Shown in pieces: positions 1 through 7,848 of a DNA stretch of 32,571 nucleotides (the stretch's first letter is position 1; every line of letters starts with the position of its first letter). A program made the translations under genes and the position numbers. The notes below the pieces were generated by a model. It was not told where the DNA came from. It worked only from the letters and a program-made list of their open reading frames with translations, and searched no databases. Origin of the DNA: Clostridia bacterium. GTDB lineage: Bacteria > Bacillota > Clostridia > Christensenellales > CAG-314. The stretch is taken from NCBI GenBank assembly GCA_045631385.1, contig JAZQUN010000067.1:1-32571 (forward strand). Reading direction: 5' to 3'.

Positions 1-2
1 GC

Positions 3-863
3 TTGCTTTCTGCCAAATGCAAATGCAAGGTAACCGTTGCCCATCCACAGCGAGGCGACAAACGCAAACTGGCAGAAATGAGCTACCGCAACGCCGTAGA
101 GTATTTGACCAAGAGCCAAACGGAAATTGATCGCAAATACAACGCTACGGTGGGTGCCGTACATCAATTAAAAGAGTTGCTTGGACTAAAACAACTGCCC
201 AAGCGTGTTGAGTGCTACGACATAAGCAACATCAGTGGCGTAGACAAGGTAGCATCCATGGTAGTGTTTGTAAACGGACAAAAGGCATCTACGCAGTACC
301 GACGTTTCCAAATCAAGACGGTAGAAGGTGCAAACGACTTTGCCAGCATGAAAGAAACGTTGTTGCGTCGCTTTGCCCACATCAAGCAGGGCGACCAACG
401 ATTTGGCATCAAGCCCGATTTGATAGTGGTAGACGGCGGTCTTGGTCAATTGGACTACGCTCGTCAAGCCATGGAAGAAAGTGGCGTGCAAGTTCCACTT
501 GTATCACTTGCCAAGCGTGAGGAATTGGTGTATACTTTGCACAACAATCAACCGGTAGTGCTGCCACGCAACAGCTACGCACTAAATTTGCTTATCAATT
601 TGCGTGACGAAGCGCACAGGTTTGCTATCACGTATTTCAGAAAGTTGCACGGCAAAAACTCGCTCAAGACAATTTTGGGCGAAGTGGATGGAATCGGTCC
701 AAAGCGCCAAATGGCGTTGTATCGTCACTTCAAAAACGTGGACGCCATCAAATCTGCCACAGTCGAGCAACTAAAGTCCGTCAAAGGCATGACGGCAACG
801 TCGGCACAAAAGGTGTACGACTACTTCAACACAACTTCAACTCAAGGAGAAAACAATGAGTAA
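3..863 (+). CDS. uvrC: Excinuclease ABC subunit C (UvrC), C-terminal ~286 aa; the 5' part lies upstream of the window
   Basis: ORF is open at the window edge. It has UvrC endonuclease-domain motifs (ECYDISNISG, RDEAHRFAITYFRKLH) and a C-terminal helix-hairpin-helix (VDGIGPKRQMALYRHF). Confidence 0.9.
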   Translation: MLSAKCKCKVTVAHPQRGDKRKLAEMSYRNAVEYLTKSQTEIDRKYNATVGAVHQLKELLGLKQLPKRVECYDISNISGVDKVASMVVFVNGQKASTQYRRFQIKTVEGANDFASMKETLLRRFAHIKQGDQRFGIKPDLIVVDGGLGQLDYARQAMEESGVQVPLVSLAKREELVYTLHNNQPVVLPRNSYALNLLINLRDEAHRFAITYFRKLHGKNSLKTILGEVDGIGPKRQMALYRHFKNVDAIKSATVEQLKSVKGMTATSAQKVYDYFNTTSTQGENNE

Positions 864-1752
864 CGCAATAATTACTACAACCAACCTTACCAAAGAGTAC
901 AAGGGTAAAAAGGTTGTAAACAACGTAACTTTGCAAATAAATCAAGGCGAAATTTGCGGCTTGATAGGGCAAAACGGCGCAGGCAAAACAACGCTTATGC
1001 GTTTGCTTGTGGGTTTGATCAGCCCTACGGCTGGCACTTTTGCCGTTTGTCCAAATTGTGAGCGTACTGATACAACGGTATCCGCCCTAATCGAATCTCC
1101 ATCGTTGTACGGTGGGTTGAGTGCAATGGACAACCTAAAGGCGCAAGCACGCATGTTGGGTATCAAAGACGACACGGCCTACTTTGAAAAAACGTTGGAA
1201 ATAGTAGGACTTAAAAACACCAGCCAAAAGGTATCCACGTTTTCGCTTGGTATGAAACAACGCCTTTCAATAGCTTTGGCATTGCTAGGCAAACCTAGTC
1301 TGGTGCTTTTGGACGAGCCAACCAACGGTCTTGACCCACAGGGCATAGTGGATCTTCGCGAGCTTTTTGTCAAGCTCAACCGCGACTTTGGTATTACTTT
1401 TGTAATTTCTAGCCACATCTTGAGCGAGCTAGGTAAGTTTGCTACAAGCTACTGCTTTTTGCACAACGGCAAACTTATCAAGCAAGCAAATGCAAGCGAA
1501 GTAGAAGCTAGCTGCAAAAAGTTTGTTCGCGTACAGTTGCAAGACGTTCCAACGGCATTTTCGTTGCTTAAGCAAGCTGGTTACACAATAGAGGGCAGAA
1601 TTGGTCAAATTGACGTGTTGGACGACAACGTGCAAATTGTTGACGTTATCAACGTGTTGTCCCAAGGCGGAGTTTCCGTATCCAACGTTCAAACGATAAG
1701 CCAGTCGCTAGAAGATTACTTCATTGAATTGCTAAAGGGGGAACAAAAATGA
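856..1752 (+). CDS. ABC transporter ATP-binding protein (ABC-2/bacitracin-type exporter ATPase)
   Basis: Walker A GQNGAGKTT, signature-like FSLGMKQR, Walker B LVLLDEPTNGLD, H-loop ISSHIL. ATG 856 overlaps the uvrC stop by 8 nt. Confidence 0.9.
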   Translation: MSNAIITTTNLTKEYKGKKVVNNVTLQINQGEICGLIGQNGAGKTTLMRLLVGLISPTAGTFAVCPNCERTDTTVSALIESPSLYGGLSAMDNLKAQARMLGIKDDTAYFEKTLEIVGLKNTSQKVSTFSLGMKQRLSIALALLGKPSLVLLDEPTNGLDPQGIVDLRELFVKLNRDFGITFVISSHILSELGKFATSYCFLHNGKLIKQANASEVEASCKKFVRVQLQDVPTAFSLLKQAGYTIEGRIGQIDVLDDNVQIVDVINVLSQGGVSVSNVQTISQSLEDYFIELLKGEQK

Positions 1753-2543
1753 TAAACGTATTAAACACTTTGTTGTTCCGCATAAAAAAATCCAAATTGT
1801 TGTTTGTTTTGCTAGCATTTGTAGTAGTTCTGTCCGCGGTAGAAAGTGCTTTGTACCTAGGTTTGCTTAACTACAGCGGCGAAGAAGCCGAAATGGTTGG
1901 TCAACTTGTTGGTGGCGATATCTTTTCATTGTCTATGTCGTCATTGGTAAGGGTAGAAAGCTACGCACCTATGTTTACGGCAATTTTTGTTGCTTTGTTT
2001 TTGGGTACAGATTTTTCCGAAGGTACAATTCGCAACGCAGTACTTTCCAACAAAAAGCGTTGGCAAATATATCTTGCATACGTAATTGTTGCCTTGGGCG
2101 TAGGTGTATTGTTTGTGTTGGCTCAAGCAGTTGCAAGCATAGTAGGAATTGCTGCTACTGACGGCTTTGCAGATTACTCTGCAACCGAAGTTTTGACAGG
2201 TACGTTTGCCTCCGTTGGACTAGGAATCCTTTCTAGCTGGGTGATGGCAATGGGCGCGCTTTGTGTGTTGGTAGCAACCAAAAAGAAGGCGCTTTCGCTA
2301 ATCTTGCCTTTGGCAAGTGTAATGGCTCTATCTACCGTGCTAGAAATTGTCGTGCTTTGGGCATCGCTTCAAGGCTCGTACATTGGCTATATGGAGTGGA
2401 TTCCGTTTGTACAGCTTATGTTTTACAGTCCGGTGTCGGTAGACGGTGCTTTGATAGGCAAAATTTTGCTTATCAACGGCTTGCTTGCAGTCGGCGAAGG
2501 AGTGCTAGGAAACTTTGTTTTTGCCAAAGCACAACTTAAATGA
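1749..2543 (+). CDS. ABC-2-type transporter permease (polytopic membrane protein)
   Basis: 264 aa with about six hydrophobic helices. ATGA start/stop overlap with the upstream ATPase gene (1749-1752). The permease role is inferred from context. Confidence 0.75.
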   Translation: MINVLNTLLFRIKKSKLLFVLLAFVVVLSAVESALYLGLLNYSGEEAEMVGQLVGGDIFSLSMSSLVRVESYAPMFTAIFVALFLGTDFSEGTIRNAVLSNKKRWQIYLAYVIVALGVGVLFVLAQAVASIVGIAATDGFADYSATEVLTGTFASVGLGILSSWVMAMGALCVLVATKKKALSLILPLASVMALSTVLEIVVLWASLQGSYIGYMEWIPFVQLMFYSPVSVDGALIGKILLINGLLAVGEGVLGNFVFAKAQLK

Positions 2544-2553
2544 TTAAAAACGC

Positions 2554-2582
2554 TTGACGAAAACTTGATTTGGGTATATAAT
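2554..2582 (+). promoter_or_regulatory. Sigma-A-type promoter for rpmE (TTGACG-17 nt-TATAAT)
   Basis: -35 TTGACG at 2554-2559, 17-nt spacer, -10 TATAAT at 2577-2582, about 55 nt upstream of the rpmE ATG. Confidence 0.55.
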
Positions 2583-2637
2583 TGTCAGGCTGAATTGTCG
2601 CATGTCGACAAAAATAATGTTTTGAGAGGTAAGGCAA

Positions 2638-2841
2638 ATGAAACAAGGTATACATCCGAATTATCACAAAGCGACTGTTGTATGTGCTTGTGGCGCTACT
2701 TTCGAAACCGGTACAACCAAGAACACAGATTTGATCAAGGTTGAAATTTGCAACAAGTGTCACCCTTACTTTACTGGTAAGGCTAAGATTGTTGACGCCG
2801 GTGGACGTGTAGACAAATTCAAGAAAAGATACGGTATGTAA
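2638..2841 (+). CDS. rpmE: 50S ribosomal protein L31, Zn-ribbon (type A) form
   Basis: [19 protein letters not shown]...[12 protein letters not shown]...[11 protein letters not shown] is near-canonical L31 with the CxC...CxxC cysteines. GAGAGGTAAGG RBS lies upstream. Confidence 0.95.
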   Translation: MKQGIHPNYHKATVVCACGATFETGTTKNTDLIKVEICNKCHPYFTGKAKIVDAGGRVDKFKKRYGM

Positions 2842-2847
2842 TAATCA

Positions 2848-2876
2848 AGCCAACTGTTGCAGTTGGCTTTTTTATT
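2848..2876 (+). terminator. Rho-independent terminator after rpmE
   Basis: AAGCCAACTG / CAGTTGGCTT stem followed by TTTTTTATTTT. Confidence 0.8.
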
Positions 2877-2893
2877 TTCTGCTAGCATTTCTA

Positions 2894-2922
2894 TTGACAT
2901 CTACGCCAAATAAGTATATTAT
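2894..2922 (+). promoter_or_regulatory. Sigma-A-type promoter for the trpS operon (TTGACA-17 nt-TATTAT)
   Basis: -35 TTGACA at 2894-2899, 17-nt spacer, -10 TATTAT at 2917-2922. The leader to ATG 2956 is only about 30 nt, so there is no room for a T-box. Confidence 0.5.
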
Positions 2923-2955
2923 TAATCTAACAAACTTTTTTAGGTGACAAAAACT

Positions 2956-3963
2956 ATGGACACTCAACAAAAAAAGACGGTTTTTTCCGGTGTGCAACCT
3001 ACGGGCAAAATTACTATTGGTAACTACCTTGGTGCTATCAAAAACTGGAAACAACTTCAAGACGACTACAACTGCATCTATTGCGTAGTGGATTTGCACT
3101 CCATTACGGTAAACCAAGTGCCAGCCGATTTGCGCAAAAACACAATGGATTTGTTGGCGCTATATTTGGCATGCGGTATTGACCCAGCCAAAAGCACGGT
3201 GTTTATCCAATCTCACGTGCCTGCTCACAGCGAGCTAGCATGGGTACTAGATTGCAACTCCTACGTTGGCGAGTTGAGTCGTATGACACAATTTAAGGAA
3301 AAAAGCAGAAAGCACGCTGACAACCTAAACATTGGACTTATGAACTATCCAGTGCTTATGGCAAGTGACATTTTGCTTTACCAAACAGATTTGGTGCCTG
3401 TGGGTAAGGACCAAACTCAACACTTGGAGTTGGCAAGAGACCTTGCTATCAGATTTAACAACAAGTACTCTCCAACCTTTGTAGTGCCACAAGGCTACGT
3501 TCCAAAGGTGGGCAGCAAAATTATGAGTTTGCAAGATCCAGAAAGCAAGATGAGCAAATCCGACGAAAACGAAAATGCATACATTGCATTGACAGATAGC
3601 AAAGATGACGTTGCTCGCAAGCTTCGTCGTGCCGTTACCGATAGCGACACCGTTGTTAGATACGGCGAAGACAAGCCAGCTATCAGCAACTTGCTTACAA
3701 TTTACTCGTTGTGCAGTGGTGTATCTATTGCCGATGCCGAAAAACAATTTGAAGGCAAAGGTTACGGCGATTTCAAGTCTGCCGTTGCCGATGCAGTAAT
3801 TTCTGTTATTGATCCAATTCAACAAGAGCAAAAACGTTTGCTAGGCGACAAGGCATATCTAGAAAGCGTACTTAAAGAAGGCGCGGACAAGGCCAACTAC
3901 CTTGCAAACAAAACACTTTCTAAGGTATACAAAAAAGTGGGCTTTATCCCAAGGATTAGATAA
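2956..3963 (+). CDS. trpS: Tryptophan--tRNA ligase
   Basis: Class I aaRS motifs: HIGH-region variant TGKITIGNYLGA and KMSKS (ESKMSKSD). Overall TrpRS-like sequence (VPVGKDQTQHLELARD). AGGTGA RBS lies 8 nt before ATG 2956, so the ORF-track GTG 2944 is less likely. Confidence 0.95.
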   Translation: MDTQQKKTVFSGVQPTGKITIGNYLGAIKNWKQLQDDYNCIYCVVDLHSITVNQVPADLRKNTMDLLALYLACGIDPAKSTVFIQSHVPAHSELAWVLDCNSYVGELSRMTQFKEKSRKHADNLNIGLMNYPVLMASDILLYQTDLVPVGKDQTQHLELARDLAIRFNNKYSPTFVVPQGYVPKVGSKIMSLQDPESKMSKSDENENAYIALTDSKDDVARKLRRAVTDSDTVVRYGEDKPAISNLLTIYSLCSGVSIADAEKQFEGKGYGDFKSAVADAVISVIDPIQQEQKRLLGDKAYLESVLKEGADKANYLANKTLSKVYKKVGFIPRIR

Positions 3964-4817
3964 TGTTTGGTTACTTGCAAGTGGACAAATCTGCACTAGA
4001 AGACGGTCAACGTGGTTTGTACCAAACTTTTATGTGTGGTTTGTGTTTTTCTACAAAAAAGTATTTTTCTAACAAGGCAAGGATAGCGATCAACTACGAT
4101 ATCAACTTTTTCAACGTGCTGTTCCACAGCTTTACCAATGTTGATATCCAACTTGAAAAGCATACTTGCTTTTTTCATCCCATCAAAAAGCAAACGGTTG
4201 CCACACCAACCGAATTGATGGATAAGCTTTCTGCCGCCAACGTTTTGTTGGTGTATCTCAACTTGTACGACGACGTGGTGGACGAAGGCGGGCTTAAAAA
4301 GAAAATGGCACTAAAAGCCTTCCAAAAGGATTACGACAAAGCAAAAAAGCTTATGCCACAGTTAGAGCAAGAATTGTCGCAAAACTACGCCGAGCTTCGC
4401 AAGTTGGAGCAATCTGGCTGTACCATTTTGGACAAGGTGTGCCATCCATTTGCACAAATGTCGCAGGATTTTGCCAAACACGTTTTGCAAACGGACAACA
4501 AATATTTGCTAAATTTGTGCTACAACGTAGGTAAATGGGTATATTTAGTGGATGCATTGGACGATATTAAGCAAGATTTAAGAAAAGGATCGTATAATCC
4601 TATTGTAAAGTGCTTTGATATCAAAAGCGAGTTGGACGTAGCAAGTTGCTATCAAGATATTTCGTTTATTGCTTACTGCACACTAAACACCATTGCCCAA
4701 TGTTACAACGACCTAAACTTGACAAAGTACAACTGTTTGCTTGACAACATGCTGTACGAGTCGTTGCGACAAAAGACTGAAAGCATATTGCAAAAATATG
4801 CCAAAGGAGAAAACTGA
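3963..4817 (+). CDS. DUF5685-like uncharacterised protein (Cys/His-containing, 284 aa)
   Basis: The N-terminus MFGYLQVDK...YQTFMCGLCFS...INYDINFF matches my recollection of the DUF5685 N-terminal signature (MFGY...Y..YCGLC...YD..F). TAATG overlap with the trpS stop. The family call is from memory only. Confidence 0.6.
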   Translation: MFGYLQVDKSALEDGQRGLYQTFMCGLCFSTKKYFSNKARIAINYDINFFNVLFHSFTNVDIQLEKHTCFFHPIKKQTVATPTELMDKLSAANVLLVYLNLYDDVVDEGGLKKKMALKAFQKDYDKAKKLMPQLEQELSQNYAELRKLEQSGCTILDKVCHPFAQMSQDFAKHVLQTDNKYLLNLCYNVGKWVYLVDALDDIKQDLRKGSYNPIVKCFDIKSELDVASCYQDISFIAYCTLNTIAQCYNDLNLTKYNCLLDNMLYESLRQKTESILQKYAKGEN

Positions 4818-5425
4818 TGAATTACAACGCATATCAATTTTTGGGTCTAACGTCTTCTGCAACTAAGGAAGAAGTAGAACAAAAATACAATCAACTCAAG
4901 GCTCAATATCAAAAGGATCGCTTTTTGCCTGGCGAAGAAGGTAACCTTGCAGCAGAAAACTTGGAGCGCTTGGAAATTGCCTATCGCGACATTATGGCGG
5001 ATTTTGAAGACAAACAAGCCGAGCAAGACTTTGGTAGCATCTACGGTCAAATTGCCGACCACATCAAAAAGGATGATTTGTCCAAGGCTCAACAACTGCT
5101 TGACGAGTGTAGCACGCGTGATGGCGAGTGGCACTATCTTCAATCCATTGTGTTTTACAAAAACAACTGGTTTTTGGAAAGCAAAAAGCAACTAGAGTTT
5201 GCTTTGAAACTCGAGCCAAACAACACCAAGTATCACGATAGCTTGGATAAGCTAAACAAAATCATTGCTTCACGCACAACCAAACCAAAGGATTTGCGCA
5301 CAACGGATGCTCCACAAACGGAAACTATGCCTATGGGCAACGGCACTTGCACGGGCAACGCTTGTTGTGACTGTATGATGTGCAACGCTTGTTGCAATTG
5401 CATGTCTTGTATGGGTGGATGCTAA
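4817..5425 (+). CDS. J-domain-like protein lacking the HPD motif, with a TPR-like repeat and a C-terminal cysteine string
   Basis: NAYQFLGLTSSATKEEVEQKYNQLKAQYQKDRF aligns with J-domain helices I-II, but HPD is replaced by QKD. There is a TPR-like stretch (EWHYLQSIVFYKNNWFLESKKQLEFALKLEPNN). The last 27 aa, GTCTGNACCDCMMCNACCNCMSCMGGC, contain 10 Cys. TGATG overlap with the upstream gene. Confidence 0.85.
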   Translation: MNYNAYQFLGLTSSATKEEVEQKYNQLKAQYQKDRFLPGEEGNLAAENLERLEIAYRDIMADFEDKQAEQDFGSIYGQIADHIKKDDLSKAQQLLDECSTRDGEWHYLQSIVFYKNNWFLESKKQLEFALKLEPNNTKYHDSLDKLNKIIASRTTKPKDLRTTDAPQTETMPMGNGTCTGNACCDCMMCNACCNCMSCMGGC

Positions 5426-5429
5426 GCCT

Positions 5430-5978
5430 ATGAACAAAACCAAACTTGTTGCTCTTTGCGGAGTATGTGGTGCAGTAGCAGTGCTAGGCCTGGTGGCGTT
5501 GTCCTACGTCAAGTGGGTGGCGCTGGCTTTGGCGGTGGTGGTATCGGTAGTTGCTTGCACTCCGCAGATACTAAACGGAAGGTACGGGTGGTATTCTTTT
5601 GCCATATACGTAGTGGCAGTAACGGTAGCCGCCTTTGTGGGTAACGTGTTGTACGTTGCTCCCGTTGCCATATTTGCTATGCCCTTTTGCATGTGGAAGT
5701 TGTTTTGCCAACACAAGCAAAGTTGCAAATTAAAGTTGTACAAGGTATTGAAGTGGCTGGGCGGATTTGTGCTAGCAAATTGTGCTCTTGTGGTATCAGG
5801 GTTGCTAGTCTATCTTTTGATGCCAACTCTTTGGGAAAGCCTAGTACAACAAACATACGTTGCGCTTGCTTTAGTAGTTGCTGTCAACCTAGCGGTAATT
5901 GCCTACGACAAGTTACTCAACGGAGCAATTTACGTAGTAAAAAATGCATTGAACAAATCAAAGTTTGGTCAACAGTAA
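5430..5978 (+). CDS. Small polytopic membrane protein, unknown function
   Basis: About 5 hydrophobic helices rich in Ala/Val, with a Cys/His loop CMWKLFCQHKQSC. ATG 5430 lies 5 nt after the upstream stop and has a GGTGGA RBS. The ORF-track alternative is GTG 5415. Confidence 0.7.
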   Translation: MNKTKLVALCGVCGAVAVLGLVALSYVKWVALALAVVVSVVACTPQILNGRYGWYSFAIYVVAVTVAAFVGNVLYVAPVAIFAMPFCMWKLFCQHKQSCKLKLYKVLKWLGGFVLANCALVVSGLLVYLLMPTLWESLVQQTYVALALVVAVNLAVIAYDKLLNGAIYVVKNALNKSKFGQQ

Positions 5979-5980
5979 AC

Positions 5981-6021
5981 AAAAAAACCCCCTGCCTTAC
6001 GGTAGGGGGTTTATGTTTTTT
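5981..6021. terminator. Bidirectional rho-independent terminator between convergent genes
   Basis: A7 tract, CCCCCTGCC / GGTAGGGGG stem, then T-rich run. Sits between the + membrane gene and - mscL. Confidence 0.85.
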
Positions 6022-6025
6022 AAGG

Positions 6026-6589
6026 TTATTTGTTTACTTGTTGTTCTAGCAATGCTTTGATATCTTCTAGCAAACCTTCGGTAGAGTGGCGTTTTGCTTC
6101 TTCGTCAGCAATGCGTTTAGCTTCAGCTGCTTTTTCGTCGCGTTCCTTTGCCATTTGTGCAATATCTTCTTTGGATTTGCCTTCCTTTTTAAGTTTGCGG
6201 TACTCTTGTTTGCTGTAACCGTGGTAGTTTACAGCGGTCAAGCCGTGAGCTTTGTTGATTAGCTTAACAATGACAAACAACACTAGTGCGATCAATATAA
6301 AGTTGATGATAGCATTGATAAATGCGCCCCAGTCAATATAGATGGAGTTTGCAAGGTCGATAGTGCCGTCAGCTAGCTTTGCAGGTTCGCCCAAGAAGGT
6401 GTAAACTTCGTTTAGGGAGTTTTTGCCCAAGATAAGCTTTAGTACGTAGTTGATTAGTGGCTTAAGGATGTTGTTGGACAATCCGTTTACGATAGCAGTA
6501 AAGGCACCGCCTACGATAACGCCGACAGCCATATCTAGTACGTTGCCACGGGTGATAAAGGCTTTGAATTCTTTGAAAAATTTCTTCAT
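6026..6589 (-). CDS. mscL: Large-conductance mechanosensitive channel MscL (long form with charged C-terminal tail)
   Basis: FKEFKAFITRGNVLDMAVGVIVGGAFTAIVNGLSNNILKPLI is the canonical MscL N-terminus/TM1. A second TM follows, then a Lys/Glu-rich C-terminal helix. Confidence 0.9.
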   Translation of the reverse strand: MKKFFKEFKAFITRGNVLDMAVGVIVGGAFTAIVNGLSNNILKPLINYVLKLILGKNSLNEVYTFLGEPAKLADGTIDLANSIYIDWGAFINAIINFILIALVLFVIVKLINKAHGLTAVNYHGYSKQEYRKLKKEGKSKEDIAQMAKERDEKAAEAKRIADEEAKRHSTEGLLEDIKALLEQQVNK

Positions 6590-6697
6590 AAAAGTGCTCC
6601 TTATAAGTGGTATGAGTACAGTATAGCACCTTTTGTTTTTATTTTCAATAAAAATGCAAAATTTTTAGCAATAATATGCAGAAATATTTTGCAATAC

Positions 6698-6726
6698 TTG
6701 AAAGTTTTATCAATATGTGATACAAT
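6698..6726 (+). promoter_or_regulatory. Sigma-A-type promoter for mrnC-rlmB-sigH (TTGAAA-17 nt-TGaTACAAT)
   Basis: -35 TTGAAA at 6698-6703 and extended -10 TGATACAAT ending at 6726. Confidence 0.5.
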
Positions 6727-6751
6727 TATATAAATATAGGTGTTTGTATTT

Positions 6752-7156
6752 ATGAACTTTTTTGCAACTATGACAAAACAACAAGCTAGAAACGTCAATT
6801 CGCTGGTACTTGCGTACGTTGGTGACGCGGTGCACAGCCTTTTTGTGCGCGAAAAATTGGTGGCTACACAGCTGAAAGCAGGGGATTTGCACAAGATAGC
6901 ATCAAAGCAAGTAAATGCTCATGCGCAAAGCCAGATTGCAGAAGGGTTGCTAGAGCATCTAACCGAAGAAGAAAAAGACGTTTTTATGCGTGGCAGAAAC
7001 AGTAAAAACACTCACGTAGCAAAAAACCAAACTCAACGCGACTATAAACTTGCTACAGGTCTAGAAGCAGTACTTGGCTACTTGTACCTAATTGGCGACA
7101 TGGATCGCATCAAATACCTACTTCAACTAGTGGAGAACAACGAAAATGAGAATTGA
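6752..7156 (+). CDS. mrnC: Mini-ribonuclease 3 (Mini-III)
   Basis: LVLAYVGDAVHSLFVREKL, RGRNSK and ATGLEAVLGYLYL match the B. subtilis MrnC/YazC pattern. AGGTG RBS lies 9 nt before ATG 6752; the track start GTG 6740 is less likely. Confidence 0.85.
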   Translation: MNFFATMTKQQARNVNSLVLAYVGDAVHSLFVREKLVATQLKAGDLHKIASKQVNAHAQSQIAEGLLEHLTEEEKDVFMRGRNSKNTHVAKNQTQRDYKLATGLEAVLGYLYLIGDMDRIKYLLQLVENNENEN

Positions 7157-7844
7157 AGGTAAAAACGCTGTATACGAACTACTCAAATCCGGTACAACGG
7201 TAAACAAAGTGCTTATCCAAAAGGAAGAAACGGGCAAAATTGTTGCATTGGCAAAGCAAATGGGCGTAAAGGTTCAGTTTGTAGACAAAAAGGTGCTAGA
7301 CAAGGAGTCTGTTACCGGTAAACACCAAGGCTACATTGCTGAAGCAGTAGACTTTGAGTACTGTGATTTAGAAGATTTGCTAAACAAAGACGGCGACAAA
7401 CTTATCGTAGTGCTAGACGAAATCAACGATCCACACAACCTAGGCAGCATCATCCGTGTGTGCGAGTGCGCGGGTGTGGACGGCATTGTAATTGGCAAAA
7501 ATCGTCAAGTGCAAGTAAACGAAACGGTAGTACGTTGCTCGGCAGGAGCAATTTCGCACGTAAAAATTGCTAGAGTTACCAACATCAATACTGCAATAGA
7601 AACAATGAAAAACAACGGCGTGTGGGTTTACTGTGCCGATATGGATGGTCAACGCATGTATGACGCTAACCTAACCGGCAATATTGCATTGGTAGTAGGT
7701 GGCGAAGGCAACGGTGTTTCTCGTTTGACAAAGAGTCTTTGCGACGGAGTGATTTCTATCGACTTGCGTGGCAAAGTAAACTCGCTAAATGCATCGGTTG
7801 CATGCGGAATTGTCGTTTACGAAGCATTGCGCCAAAGGGGATAA
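7146..7844 (+). CDS. rlmB: TrmH/SpoU-family 23S rRNA 2'-O-ribose methyltransferase (RlmB/YacO-like)
   Basis: SpoU motifs NDPHNLGSIIRVCECAG, LVVGGEGNGVS and SLNASVACGIVVYE. Position after mrnC matches the Bacillus yazC-yacO-sigH arrangement. Confidence 0.85.
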   Translation: MRIEGKNAVYELLKSGTTVNKVLIQKEETGKIVALAKQMGVKVQFVDKKVLDKESVTGKHQGYIAEAVDFEYCDLEDLLNKDGDKLIVVLDEINDPHNLGSIIRVCECAGVDGIVIGKNRQVQVNETVVRCSAGAISHVKIARVTNINTAIETMKNNGVWVYCADMDGQRMYDANLTGNIALVVGGEGNGVSRLTKSLCDGVISIDLRGKVNSLNASVACGIVVYEALRQRG

Positions 7845-7848
7845 CAAT

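Noticed and set aside
2842-2955. Possible T-box riboswitch upstream of trpS
   Set aside because: The gap is only about 114 nt. It is already filled by the rpmE terminator and a promoter about 30 nt from the start codon. I saw no T-box consensus (GGUGGNACCGCG-like) or specifier-loop architecture.
3325-3831. 168-aa minus-strand ORF inside trpS
   Set aside because: It is fully antisense to a confidently identified trpS. It has no RBS, and its Cys/Asn/Val-rich composition is typical of a shadow frame.
5342-5425. Reading the cysteine-rich tail as a RiPP core peptide, with the J-like/TPR region as a long leader
   Set aside because: No recognisable RiPP maturase (radical SAM, LanB/C/M, YcaO), leader-cleaving peptidase or ABC exporter lies adjacent. 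I keep it only as a remote possibility under the module finding.
5456-6049. Alternative-frame ORFs (62-aa Gly-rich at 5456-5644, 120-aa at 5687-6049) overlapping the membrane-protein gene and terminator
   Set aside because: They are out of frame with the hydrophobic, RBS-preceded ORF. The 120-aa ORF would read through the strong bidirectional terminator.
6655-6693. 8-nt inverted repeat TGCAAAAT...ATTTTGCA in the mscL/mrnC divergent intergenic region
   Set aside because: The arms are short, the spacer is 23 nt, and the region is very AT-rich, so it is likely chance. It has no clear positional relation to the -35/-10 elements.
7789-7848. N-terminal extensions suggested by the ORF track. They affect sigH (7789), lysS (15132), yfbR-like (17900), S41 peptidase (19080), the 21656 ORF, the cassette gene (23101), patatin (27438) and aroB (30361).
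   Set aside because: In each case the extension overlaps the preceding gene or lacks an RBS. An internal start with a good Shine-Dalgarno, or a conserved N-terminus, fits better. The adjusted coordinates are used in the feature list.
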